DNA of 50,362 bases, the filler included, from an uncultured virus (IMG/VR IMGVR_UViG_2049941000_000870) (Duplodnaviria > Heunggongvirae > Uroviricota > Caudoviricetes). It is 5 parts of one record of this genome, joined end to end, with 100 filler letters (N's around TTAATTAATTAA, not from the genome) between each part and the next. Parts side by side here need not be neighbours in the genome. Positions count along the whole stretch, not along the records: positions 1 to 18,003 come from IMGVR_UViG_2049941000_000870; 4 more parts are not named here. One strand, written 5' to 3'. Under the pieces are notes generated by a model, which worked only from the letters and a program-made list of their open reading frames with translations, did no database searches and was not told the origin of the DNA. Position 1 is the first letter of the stretch. Each line of letters begins with the position of its first letter. This document shows positions 1-9,314 of this stretch, one piece after another. The translations under genes were made by a program, and so were the position numbers.

Positions 1-2988
1 CAGGTACATGTACATCCCGAAACCGAAGTCGTTGCTTCGGCCGCCGCCTGATGCTTTCTGCTCCCCGCCGCTATTTTGGGCAGCATTTCGGCCACTCCCC
101 CTCACCATGCCAGCGTACTGGGAGTTGAACTTCGCGGCGTAGACTTCGTTGGACGTGCCGTTCCAGCTGCCAGACCTGGGTGCCGACTCCTGTTCGGAAA
201 TGTTCGGAAGCAACTCGTCGAAGTCAGCCTCGGTCGGAAGCCTCCAGCCTTCGGGAAGCAGCGGATAGTAGAAGGCAACCTTTCCGCCGTCGACCTCATT
301 GCCGTGCAGCGCGGCCTCGCCGTTGTACAGCCTGCCGTAGTCGGCGACGTTGTCCGTCGTGTCGCCAGGATATGTCCTGTAGTAGTTGTCCGTGTCATAG
401 GTGTCGCTCTCTGGTATCGGCGTACCGTCAATGTAGTGTGTGGTCTTCAGGTTCTCGACCATCCAGACCTGCGAGCCTATGATGGCGGCCGCGTAGGAGT
501 TGCCGTCGTAGTCCCTTAGGGCGTCCTGGTAGAGCTCGCCAGACGACTCCGAAATCTCTATCACGGAAGGCGTAACGTTCTCCCACTGCTCGTCCGTGCC
601 GATGTACAGCAGGAAGTCGCCGTCCGTGGCGGTGGATATGGTCACATCCTCAAGGTCGTCAAGCACCTCTGGCACCTCCATGTCCACCGTCTTGCCAGCC
701 GACGAGTTGGCTGTGAAGGTGCCGATGGTGGAACCGTTCTTCTGTATCGTCAGCGTGGCGTCGTTCACCGTGGGTATCGTCGGTTTGTTGGACAAATCGT
801 TGTAGCTCCCGCTTGTGGCCACCGTGGCCAGGGCAGGCCTGTCGAGTATGTCGGTGTATTTGCCAGTCTTGGCGATTTTATGGAGGTTTATTGTACCAGT
901 GAGGCTCTCGGCACTGCTAACCGTTTGTGAATTCGAGTTGTTCGTGTTCAGCGTGCCGACGGCAGGAACCGCTATGTTGATGCTCTTGTTTCCAGACTCG
1001 TTCGCGCTGAAGGTCCCGACGGATACGTTGTTCCTGGTGATGGTCAATACGCCAGAGTTCGCCGCGGCTGGAACCTCGATGTTCACGGTCTTGTTGGCTG
1101 AAGAGTTTGCTGTGAAGGTGCCGACGGTCACGTTGTTCCTGTTGATGGTCAGCGTGGCGTTGTTCACCGTCGGGATTGTCGGCCTGTTCGACAAATCGTT
1201 GTAGCTCCCGCTTGTGGCCACCGTGGCGAGCGACGCCGTCTGCGCGTACCCGCTCAGGTCTATTGTCGTGTCGCCTATCATGGTCCACGCGTTGTTCGCG
1301 TACACATACTCCTTGTACTTGTCGTTTCCAGTCCCAATCGGCCCTATCAGGTAGAGCACGTTGCCCTGCGGGTCGGAGACCGCGCTGGTTGAAACGTATA
1401 TCTCGTATCTGAACTCGTCGAGCGCACCCAGCAGGTTGTTCACCTCGGTCTGGGTGTAGGTGTCGGTCTTCTTGTAGTAGTTGGAAAGGTCGCTCACCGT
1501 GCTGGTGATAAACCCGCTGTTGTTCGTGAGGTCGTTGGTCGTTGTCGGNNNNNNNNNNNNNNNNNNNNNNNNNNNNNNNNNNNNNNNNNNNNNNNNNNNN
1601 NNNNNNNNNNNNNNNNNNNNNNNNNNNNNNNNNNNNNNNNNNNNNNNNNNNNNNNNNNNNNNNNNNNNNNNNNNNNNNNNNNNNNNNNNNNNNNNNNNNN
1701 NNNNNNNNNNNNNNNNNNNNNNNNNNNNNNNNNNNNNNNNNNNNNNNNNNNNNNNNNNNNNNNNNNNNNNNNNNNNNNNNNNNNNNNNNNNNNNNNNNNN
1801 NNNNNNNNNNNNNNNNNNNNNNNNNNNNNNNNNNNNNNNNNNNNNNNNNNNNNNNNNNNNNNNNNNNNNNNNNNNNNNNNNNNNNNTCACACTCTTGTCG
1901 CTGGAGTCGTTCGCGCCGAAGGTGCCTATGGTGGTGTTGTTCCTCTTGATGGTCAGCACACCAGAGTTGGCGGCCGCTGGTATCGTCGGCTTGTTCGACA
2001 AATCGTTGTAACTGCCTGATGTCGCGACTGTCGCAAGCGTGGGTTTGTTCAAAATCTGGGACACGCCAGACGTTGAGTTCCAGTCGCTGTTTACCTGGGC
2101 GGCTGGAACCGTGATGTTCACAGTCTTGTTGCTGGAGTCGTTCGCGCTGAACGTGCCCACGGTCGTGCCGTTTCTCTGGATTGTAAGAAGTCCAGTGTTC
2201 GCCGCGGCTGGCACGCTGATGTTGATGGTCTTGGCGCTGGCGGAGTTGGCCGTGAAGGTGCCGACGGCCACGTTGTTCCTGGTGATGGTCAGCATCGAGT
2301 CGTTTATCGAAGGCTTGTTTGACAAATCGTTGTAACTGCCTGATGTCGCGACTGTCGCAAGCGTGGGTTTGTTCAGAATCTGGGACACGCCAGAGGTGGC
2401 GCTCCAGTCGGCATTCACCTGTGCGTCTGGAACTGTGATGTTTATCGACTTGTCCCCAGAGTCGTTTGCACCGAAAGTGCCGACGGATACATTGTTCCGT
2501 GTGATGGTCAGCACACCAGTGTTGGCGGCCGCTGGGACGCTGATGTCTATGCTCTTGTCACTCGCCGAGTTAGCGGTGAACGTGCCTATCGTTGTCCCGT
2601 TCCGCTTGATTGTGAGGATTTTGTCGTTTACTGTAGGGACTGTGATGTTCACAGTCTTGTCGGCTGAAGAGTTTGCTGTGAATGTGCCTACGGTCGTGCC
2701 GTTCTTCTGCACGGTCAGCGTGGCGTTGTTTATCGCTGGCTTATTCGACAGGTCGTTGTAGCTGCCGCTCGTGGCGACCGTGGCCAGGGTCGGCCTGTTC
2801 TTTATGTAGTCCTGCGCGGTCCCGACCGTCTGGCTCCAGTCGGCCTGCACGTTCATCTCGCCGCCGTACCTTTCGCCGCCGACATATATGCCTTTCGACT
2901 CGTCGTCGAAGGTTATCACACCAGCCTGGCCGTCAATCGCCGAGCTGTACTCTTTCTTCCTCAGTTTTACAACAGGTTCGTTTGCCAT
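1..2988 (-). CDS. Repeat-rich tail/head fibre-like adhesin with C-terminal FISUMP (Fib_succ_major) domain; 3' end runs off the window
   Basis: Manual translation from ATG at 2988 (MANEPVVKLRKKE...), same frame either side of gap 1549-1886, open to base 1, so absent from the ORF track. Repeats LATVATSGSYNDLSNKP and LTIxRNxxxVGTFxANxxxxKxINIxVP, then DYDGNSY..IGSQVWMVENLKT..YGRLYN..PEGWRLPTEADF. Confidence 0.85.
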   Translation of the reverse strand, partial: MANEPVVKLRKKEYSSAIDGQAGVITFDDESKGIYVGGERYGGEMNVQADWSQTVGTAQDYIKNRPTLATVATSGSYNDLSNKPAINNATLTVQKNGTTVGTFTANSSADKTVNITVPTVNDKILTIKRNGTTIGTFTANSASDKSIDISVPAAANTGVLTITRNNVSVGTFGANDSGDKSINITVPDAQVNADWSATSGVSQILNKPTLATVATSGSYNDLSNKPSINDSMLTITRNNVAVGTFTANSASAKTINISVPAAANTGLLTIQRNGTTVGTFSANDSSNKTVNITVPAAQVNSDWNSTSGVSQILNKPTLATVATSGSYNDLSNKPTIPAAANSGVLTIKRNNTTIGTFGANDSSDKSVXXXXXXXXXXXXXXXXXXXXXXXXXXXXXXXXXXXXXXXXXXXXXXXXXXXXXXXXXXXXXXXXXXXXXXXXXXXXXXXXXXXXXXXXXXXXXXXXXXXXXXXXXXXXXXXXXPTTTNDLTNNSGFITSTVSDLSNYYKKTDTYTQTEVNNLLGALDEFRYEIYVSTSAVSDPQGNVLYLIGPIGTGNDKYKEYVYANNAWTMIGDTTIDLSGYAQTASLATVATSGSYNDLSNRPTIPTVNNATLTINRNNVTVGTFTANSSANKTVNIEVPAAANSGVLTITRNNVSVGTFSANESGNKSINIAVPAVGTLNTNNSNSQTVSSAESLTGTINLHKIAKTGKYTDILDRPALATVATSGSYNDLSNKPTIPTVNDATLTIQKNGSTIGTFTANSSAGKTVDMEVPEVLDDLEDVTISTATDGDFLLYIGTDEQWENVTPSVIEISESSGELYQDALRDYDGNSYAAAIIGSQVWMVENLKTTHYIDGTPIPESDTYDTDNYYRTYPGDTTDNVADYGRLYNGEAALHGNEVDGGKVAFYYPLLPEGWRLPTEADFDELLPNISEQESAPRSGSWNGTSNEVYAAKFNSQYAGMVRGSGRNAAQNSGGEQKASGGGRSNDFGFGMYMYL
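1997..2394. repeat. 74-bp direct repeat (1997-2070 and 2321-2394, one mismatch) inside the fibre gene
   Basis: GACAAATCGTTGTAACTGCCTGATGTCGCGACTGTCGCAAGCGTGGGTTTGTTCA(A/G)AATCTGGGACACGCCAGA occurs twice, 324 bp apart and in frame; more diverged copies lie near 790, 1190 and 2750. Confidence 0.9.
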
Positions 2989-3059
2989 TGCACTATATCT
3001 GTTTTTCTTGTCTTATATATCCAGTTTGTAGGGCAGGCGCAGTCCTCCCGCGCCTTGTA

Positions 3060-3067
3060 TATAAATA
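3060..3067 (-). promoter_or_regulatory. Putative late promoter motif (sense TATTTATA) upstream of the fibre gene
   Basis: + strand TATAAATA; the same 8-mer recurs in five other intergenic regions upstream of minus-strand genes. Confidence 0.6.
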
Positions 3068-3136
3068 GTGCAGAGCCAGAATGTTTGTTCACCACAGACA
3101 GGCCCCGCAAACGGCTGTGCGACAATGGCATCGCCC

Positions 3137-3403
3137 TTATTCCGTAAACTCTTCCGACGGTTTGGACAGCTTGAACTGTATCCCCATTACGGTCACGTTC
3201 ACCTCGTCGCAGGGCTCGTAGCCAACCATGGTCCCGTTGTCCCGCTCGTAGAGCTTCTCGTCGATTCCCCTGAGGTCCAGCTCTGGAATCTCTAGCGTTA
3301 TGAGAAGCCCGTCGCGCATGTCCCTTTTGTGCCTGATGTTCATCTCGAGCATCTGCGAGTCCATCGCTTCGGCTATCCTGTACAAATCCTCAAGTCCGAC
3401 CAT
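3137..3403 (-). CDS. Hypothetical protein (88 aa)
   Basis: Clean ORF with ATG, phage-like codon use, tightly packed with neighbours. Confidence 0.7.
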   Translation of the reverse strand: MVGLEDLYRIAEAMDSQMLEMNIRHKRDMRDGLLITLEIPELDLRGIDEKLYERDNGTMVGYEPCDEVNVTVMGIQFKLSKPSEEFTE

Positions 3404-3407
3404 AACT

Positions 3408-3577
3408 TTATGACAATGTGTATTTTATCCTGTTGATGAATTCCCTTATTCTGAGTTTAAGGGGTTTCCTCCTCGGTTTCGGGTCCCTTTCGGTCACCGA
3501 CATCAGGGCCTTCCTGTCCACGCCCCTGAACATCTCGGCCGTCCTGAGCCTGCACTCCTCGGCCTGCGTGGCCGCGG
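3408..3577 (-). CDS. C-terminal fragment of a hypothetical protein
   Basis: AATQAEECRLRT...RIREFINRIKYTLS* after gap 3578-3587. Confidence 0.5.
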
Positions 3578-3587
3578 NNNNNNNNNN

Positions 3588-3802
3588 CCCTTTATCGCAA
3601 GGTCGGCCAGGCTCGCCGCTATCCCGACCCAGGTCGGGAAGCAAATCATACAGCTGAACAGCTCGCCGAATCCGTCGCCTATCCTGTGCGCAAAAGCGCG
3701 CCACCGCTCGAAAACTCCGAGCGGGCCCCTCGCGTAGACCACCATGTTGGCGATTCCGTATGCGAAGAAAATGTAGCAGAAAATTTTAAGGAACTGTGTC
3801 AT
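3588..3802 (-). CDS. Small membrane protein, DUF1360-like (truncated by gap)
   Basis: Two hydrophobic segments and a GELFSCMICFPTWVG motif resembling the DUF1360 ELLxCxxC..W signature. Confidence 0.55.
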
Positions 3803-4305
3803 TTTTTACCCATCGCTTTCTTTATCTTCTTGTCGATTTCACCTTCAACCTCCTGTGTTCCAGTCGGTTGTGTAGTCTCTTCGGTTTTGTCTGGCTTTGC
3901 CGTCCCGACGGTTTGCGCGGGATTCTCCGAAACCTTCCTCGGCTTGCGTTTCGTCGGGAACGTGAACTGCAGCGTGCAGAGCTTCTCGTAGGTGGCGTCC
4001 GAAAGGAACAGCTCCTTCAGCTCTGCGACCTTCTCCTTGTACAGCGCAGCCTTGCGCTCCATCTCCATGTTGGCCTCCACGGTCTCGTCTATCAGGTCGA
4101 ACAGCATGTCCACGTCCTCGATTTGGGCCACGTACCACCACAGGCCCTTGACCGAGTTGTCCTCGGACATGGCTATCCTGTCGTCATCTGGCTGTATGAC
4201 TCTCCAGTTCTCGCTGAACCTGACCTTCAGTATGAACGCGCCGTCCCTGAACATGATGTCTGGGCGGAACGCCTCTATCCTCTTGACCCTTTCCTGGAAC
4301 GTCAT
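3799..4305 (-). CDS. Hypothetical protein (168 aa)
   Basis: Full ORF whose stop overlaps the next start (ATGA). Confidence 0.75.
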   Translation of the reverse strand: MTFQERVKRIEAFRPDIMFRDGAFILKVRFSENWRVIQPDDDRIAMSEDNSVKGLWWYVAQIEDVDMLFDLIDETVEANMEMERKAALYKEKVAELKELFLSDATYEKLCTLQFTFPTKRKPRKVSENPAQTVGTAKPDKTEETTQPTGTQEVEGEIDKKIKKAMGKK

Positions 4306-4310
4306 ATTTG

Positions 4311-4496
4311 TCAGAATCCGTATACGATTGTCGTTATTGCGAACGAGGCGGCGGCCATTGTGGCCAGCGTGCGCCTCCAGTCCGAGGCGTATTTGGTCCC
4401 GCTCCTGAACGAACTGGCGAACCTAGCCCCCTCTCGGAGCAGGTGCAGCGCCGAAAGCGCGAAAAGGAAGCATGTTACCCTGTGCAGAATATCCAT
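4311..4496 (-). CDS. Small two-TM membrane protein (61 aa)
   Basis: Two hydrophobic stretches; fits the gene packing. Confidence 0.55.
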   Translation of the reverse strand: MDILHRVTCFLFALSALHLLREGARFASSFRSGTKYASDWRRTLATMAAASFAITTIVYGF

Positions 4497-4545
4497 CCGT
4501 AAAATGTTTTTTGTGTCAGGAACAATATGGGGTCGGCTTGGGTGA

Positions 4546-4582
4546 AAACAAAAAAAGCGGCGAGAGGTTTTTTCGCCGCTTC
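4546..4582 (-). terminator. Intrinsic terminator
   Basis: Minus strand AAGCGGCGA-loop-TCGCCGCTT followed by a T run, downstream of the 4629 stop. Confidence 0.75.
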
Positions 4583-4628
4583 CTGTTCATTGTATTATTA
4601 TGACTCCTTGCTATTGTTTCAAAAATCC

Positions 4629-5324
4629 CTAGTCCAGCAGCTTGGCCATGCTGGATGCCATCATGGTCACCTTCGCTATCTTGTCGGCGTCAAGGTCGAC
4701 CGCTGTTTCGTCGTTCCATGTCATGGCCAGGTATCCTATCGATTTGCCGTTTGACTCCAACTCGTACACCAGTATGTATTCGGTTCCGTCGTGTGACATC
4801 TTTGTGGCAATCTTGTTGTCTATCTTCATCGCATCCTTTATGCTTCCGCTGTAATAACTCCTGCTCTGAAGGTAATACGGGAACGAATATCTGGTAAGGT
4901 TCAGCTTCGCGTAGTCGTCGCCGACTGGCATGACACCGTCTCTTACCTGTTCGTATGACATCTCGCAATAAATGAACGGGAGCCCAGCCGTGTTGTTTGT
5001 CCCGTTGTGCATCTCTAGGACACACGCCCTGTCGGCGTCCGTGATGTACAGGCACTCCCTGAGGGACCTGTTAATCTCGTCCATGTTGCCGATACGCTTC
5101 TCGACACCAGCCTCGTGCGTGGCAATCTCGTCGTCCTTCCGTTCGTCCAGAACTCTGGTTATGCCCTTGTCTATCCTGGAGTCCAGCGTTATCACCGCAT
5201 ATCCAGAATACATTATGACACCGACGAAGATTATTATAAGGATATACCCAAGTGCCTTTATTATCCCGTACTTGCTGAAAAGCCTTGAAATCGGCTCCAG
5301 AAGCGATATTATGAAGTTCATCAT
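4629..5324 (-). CDS. Single-TM protein with GAF-like C-terminal domain, putative T4 T-type holin
   Basis: N-terminal amphipathic helix, one TM (ALGYILIIIFVGVIMYSGYAVI), then a soluble domain with DADRACVLEMHNG...IGYLAMTW GAF-like pattern. Confidence 0.5.
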   Translation of the reverse strand: MMNFIISLLEPISRLFSKYGIIKALGYILIIIFVGVIMYSGYAVITLDSRIDKGITRVLDERKDDEIATHEAGVEKRIGNMDEINRSLRECLYITDADRACVLEMHNGTNNTAGLPFIYCEMSYEQVRDGVMPVGDDYAKLNLTRYSFPYYLQSRSYYSGSIKDAMKIDNKIATKMSHDGTEYILVYELESNGKSIGYLAMTWNDETAVDLDADKIAKVTMMASSMAKLLD

Positions 5325-5348
5325 TTTTTTTTTCTGTGGTCTGTTGTC

Positions 5349-6194
5349 TTATTCCCCAGTGTCTGTTGCCTTCAGCCTGTCCCTGAAGTCCGCTATGTCC
5401 TCGGTCATTGCCCCGACCGCGCTTTTTCTGATTTTAACGTTATCGTCGGAGAACCTGTACCCAGCCAGCCTGTTCATCTTCTCGAGCTCCTCGTCCACCC
5501 TGGCCCTGTTGTAGCCCTCCGTGACCGACGTGTGCAGCACGCCGAACTGGTCGGCCCTGCACTCCACTATGTAGTCCGAACCGTTCATGTCCTGCATGTG
5601 GAACCTGTTTCCGTCCACCCTGTAGTCGTCAGGCACGTGCTTCAGCACCTGTGCCTCGCTCAAAAAAACAGTGTTCTTGAATTTCAGCCTTTTGACCGAC
5701 CCCTCGTTCATGAACGGGGTCTTGCTCCTGTATTTCTCGGAATTGCCGTGGTCGTCGTTGTTCCTTCCGACGATGCCCTTGATGTTCTCGTCGAAGTCGC
5801 GCTCGCTGCGCCTCTTGGACATCTCGGCCCTGTCCTGGTAGAACTTCTCGTTGCCCTCCGTGCTGTAACACTCGGCCTTGTCGCTCTCAAGTCCAGTGGT
5901 GGCGAGCTTCTTCACCCGCTCCCTGTAGGCCTTGCCAGGGTCGTACTCGAACCTGACGTCCATGGTCGTCTTGTTGAAGTCCTCGAAGTCGATGTCGTTC
6001 TTGCGCCTCGGGAACTCCTTTCGGGCCTTGTCGTTGTATTCCTCAGTGTCCTTCAGGATTTTACCGACAGCCTTCTCGTTTTCGCTGCTGTTGCGCTCAG
6101 CGCCAACGCCGAACTTCGGCTTGAACTCGTTGCGCTGACTTGCCTCGCTTAACTGCAGCACCTCGCTGATTTTGTAATGTTCCTTAAGTTCCAT
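5349..6194 (-). CDS. Hypothetical charged protein, probable head/prohead-associated (281 aa)
   Basis: Full ORF, E/K-rich, several (L/I/M)xE motifs and EELEKMNRLAGY; preceded by TATTTATA. Confidence 0.7.
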   Translation of the reverse strand: MELKEHYKISEVLQLSEASQRNEFKPKFGVGAERNSSENEKAVGKILKDTEEYNDKARKEFPRRKNDIDFEDFNKTTMDVRFEYDPGKAYRERVKKLATTGLESDKAECYSTEGNEKFYQDRAEMSKRRSERDFDENIKGIVGRNNDDHGNSEKYRSKTPFMNEGSVKRLKFKNTVFLSEAQVLKHVPDDYRVDGNRFHMQDMNGSDYIVECRADQFGVLHTSVTEGYNRARVDEELEKMNRLAGYRFSDDNVKIRKSAVGAMTEDIADFRDRLKATDTGE

Positions 6195-6236
6195 TTTATA
6201 TGTGTTTCTTATCGGCCGACACTGTCGGCTTTCCTT

Positions 6237-6244
6237 TATAAATA
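6237..6244 (-). promoter_or_regulatory. Putative late promoter motif (sense TATTTATA)
   Basis: + strand TATAAATA about 40 bp upstream of the 6194 start. Confidence 0.6.
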
Positions 6245-6261
6245 GTAGGGTTTCTGTTATT

Positions 6262-6778
6262 TCACGCCCTGCTGGCGAAATCGTTGAAATTTCTCATGGC
6301 GTGCCTCCCGCACGACCACGCCCACGAATTCGGGTCTATGTCCGAGACTGCCATCCAGCCGAACCTGCCGTTCTCGCCGTCGTTTCGCCCGTTTATGGGA
6401 ACAGTCTCGGTTCCAGCGTGTTTCGGCACCACAATAACGAACTCGCAGCCCCAGTCGAACCTTCTGCCGCCAGTTACATACGACTTCAGGGCCGATATGT
6501 CGAGCCCGCTCTCCTCCATGCACTCCCTGGCGGCGCATTGCCAGAAGCCCTCGCCTTCCTGCCTGTGGCCCATCGGCGGGTTCCATTTGCCGCCTTCGTC
6601 GCAGTTCTGGCTTCTCCTGGCGCACAGTACACACCATCTTCCGTTGGTGTCCATGGCGTAGACATACACAGCCGACGACGTGTCTGTGTCCCTGGCATTG
6701 GATTCGTCGATTTTCTTTCGTTTCTTGCCCTTTTTCGTGTAGGGGTCTTGTTTCCTCACGGTCACGCCGCCGAACAGC
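6262..6778 (-). CDS. Nudix hydrolase domain, probably the C-terminus of a larger protein
   Basis: Nudix box GHRQEGEGFWQCAARECMEESGL (GX5EX7REUXEEXGU); the frame is open up to the gap at 6779. Confidence 0.85.
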
Positions 6779-6792
6779 NNNNNNNNNNNNNN

Positions 6793-7126
6793 CTCCGCCT
6801 CCAGCCGCGCCGCACTCGTTCACGGCCCTGTTCCCGAAAAGCTCCGCATACAGCGCGTCCGCCCTGTCCTGGAACCTGGCCTTCGGCACGGTGTACCTCA
6901 CGGTCATCCTGGCCGTGTGCGGCTTCCCGTCGCTGTCGTGGTCGTCAATGCCAAGCTTCCGCCTTATTATCCCGAAATCCTTCAGGGCTTTAAGCAGCTG
7001 GTCCCTGGCAATTCCGTTTCCAGTGAAGAACACCCCAGGCTCCGCGCCGCACGGGTCCTCCAACAGGCTGGCCAGGAACCGCTTCAAGGCCGCCGTGAAC
7101 TTGAACTTCGTCGGATACAAAATGTC
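6793..7126 (-). CDS. Internal fragment of a hypothetical protein
   Basis: DILYPTKFKF...LFGNRAVNECGAAGGG open between two gaps. Confidence 0.6.
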
Positions 7127-7303
7127 NNNNNNNNNNNNNNNNNNNNNNNNNNNNNNNNNNNNNNNNNNNNNNNNNNNNNNNNNNNNNNNNNNNNNNNNNN
7201 NNNNNNNNNNNNNNNNNNNNNNNNNNNNNNNNNNNNNNNNNNNNNNNNNNNNNNNNNNNNNNNNNNNNNNNNNNNNNNNNNNNNNNNNNNNNNNNNNNNN
7301 NNN

Positions 7304-9004
7304 ATGCCGTTTGCCATTGATTCGGTTATTATCACACTTCTCTTCATATCCCTGGATTCGGCCACCTTGTTGGCGTCTATGCTGCCAGAAAGCTGGCTTT
7401 TTGTGTATTCCTTTATTATCTTCCAGCCGTTGCTGGTGTCGTCGTCTACATAGACAACCCTGTCCTGGCATATGATTTTGTAGGTGCTGTCGCCGAACAT
7501 CGACACCCACCCTTCCAGGCTGGTCGCCAGATACGGGAATTTCTCGAAATTCAGGGCGTAGAGTTCCATGAGCTTTCCGTTGGCGGGACGTTCGCCAGAG
7601 TCGGTGGAGGCTATTATGAATATCCTGCTCGGCCCCATGNNNNNNNNNNATCTCGCTCCTCGGGGTGGCCAGCAGTGGATTTCCGACCTCGCCGCCCTGT
7701 ATCGGGTATATGTTGTACCCGCTGTCGGACAGGGCTATTGCGAACACCCGCCCGACGCGCCGTCCCATAAGGCTCCCGTGATACACGGACACGGCCTTCA
7801 GCCACTGGCTGAACAGGAAGGACCTTGTCGCGGTGCATATGACGTTCCAAAGGTTGTTGCTGTCCATCACAAGAAGATACCCGTTTGTGGCCGACTGGAA
7901 GATTTTCTGGTACCATTCCGATGAGACGTACTGGAAGTTCCTGAGGTGTTCCGAGGCGTTCACCACCACATTCATTCTGTTGTTCCTTGTGACAATAAGC
8001 TCGCCTTGCGTTCCGACCTGGACATCGTCGAAAAAGTCATCTATGAGCAGGTCCGCATCCTCGTCGACAACAATGCACCTGTCGCCGAATCGGTACAGGT
8101 ACATCTTTAGCGTGTTTTCGTCGCAGTCATCCTCGTCGAACAGCGGCATGAACCCGTAGTTGTTTCCAGCAACCCCGTTGTAGTCGGCCTCCTCATGGGC
8201 CTGGTATGACAGGTCGTTCAGAACCTCAAGCCTCCTGGCCTGTATCTCCTCTGGCGTCCTGGGTTTGAATGTCTGGTAGAAACCCCTTCCTGTCACCTGT
8301 TCCAGCTGCTCGACCGTCATTATGTGGTCGTTACCCCCGTTGTCATGGTTCCACCTGCAGGTAATCGTGTTGCAGCTGCCGTCCTCGTTCACGCTCACGG
8401 CTATCATCGACAGGCCGTATTCGTCGAGCGGGCAGCCAGGGCCCTTCTCCATAGGGATGTTCTCGAAGCCGTCCTTAAGGCAGAAATAGANNNNNNNNNN
8501 CACACCGCCAGTGTATGAGTTGTAGGCGTCGCTGTCTGGGTCGGTGACGCACCAGTCGGTGTACTGGCCGTAGGGCTCCGCTTCGTATTCGTCGTCGATT
8601 CTGACTATCTGGTAGGATTCGTCGGCCGTGTGCTGCGCGCTGTTGGACCGCTCCATGTCGGACTCCAAATCCTGTCGCGCCACCGTGGAAAACCTGTCCA
8701 CAACCTCCTGTGCCGACAACCCGTTCAGGTTCCAGTCGTATTCGTCGACATGCGCCTTCAGGAACTTCAGGCACTGGTTCAGTTTCATGATGAAATTGCC
8801 GTCCTGCAGCTCCCTGTCGAGGTACATCCTTGTCACGCCTGTCAGGAACTTGCACTGGAACATCCTTGAGTTCGGTATGTCATGTCTTACCGCGTCGACT
8901 ATCTGCTGCGCGTTCTCCTGGCTGTAACCCCTTGACATGCAGAGTTTTCTGGCCAGGTTTATGTTCTTGCTCTCACGGTTTTCGTTTATAACAGACCTTC
9001 CCAT
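7304..9004 (-). CDS. Large multidomain protein with a PcfJ-like domain and beta-repeat region (gapped; may continue to the Nudix domain)
   Basis: Starts MGRSVINE at 9004; YQIVRIDDEYEAEPYGQYTDWCVT...YFCLK resembles PcfJ-like domains; short beta repeats follow, then ...DMKRSVIITESMANG before the gap. Confidence 0.6.
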
Positions 9005-9006
9005 TG

Positions 9007-9243
9007 CTATCTTTTCTTGACCATTGTCTTCCAGAACGACTTCTTGGCCCACATGTTCTCGATGAAGTCCCCGAGCGTGTCCACCACTATGTTGTGCACG
9101 CGCTTCTCGAAATCCCTTGTCTTCGTGTAGTCCTCTATGGTGTCCTCCACCTGCCCCCTGGTCATGTCCTCGTTGAGGACGGTCTCGACGCACTCCGCTA
9201 TCATGGACCTGAGCTGGTTTTCCGTTATCCTTATCGTTGCCAT
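9007..9243 (-). CDS. Small protein with an ITExQL..I.E.V leader motif (78 aa)
   Basis: MATIRITENQLRSMIAECVETVLNE; ends in TAG immediately before the next ATG. Confidence 0.75.
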   Translation of the reverse strand: MATIRITENQLRSMIAECVETVLNEDMTRGQVEDTIEDYTKTRDFEKRVHNIVVDTLGDFIENMWAKKSFWKTMVKKR

Positions 9244-9264
9244 AATTCCGAATGTCTTTTACCT

Positions 9265-9272
9265 TATAAATA
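9265..9272 (-). promoter_or_regulatory. Putative late promoter motif (sense TATTTATA)
   Basis: + strand TATAAATA about 20 bp upstream of the 9243 start. Confidence 0.6.
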
Positions 9273-9314
9273 GTTGTATCCGCACAAAAAAAAAACGGAA
9301 GCGCNNNNNNNNNN

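Noticed and set aside
596..2761. Plus-strand repeated hydrophobic ORFs, or a CRISPR-like array
   Set aside because: These are antisense shadows of the in-frame fibre repeats; there are no constant repeats with unique spacers.
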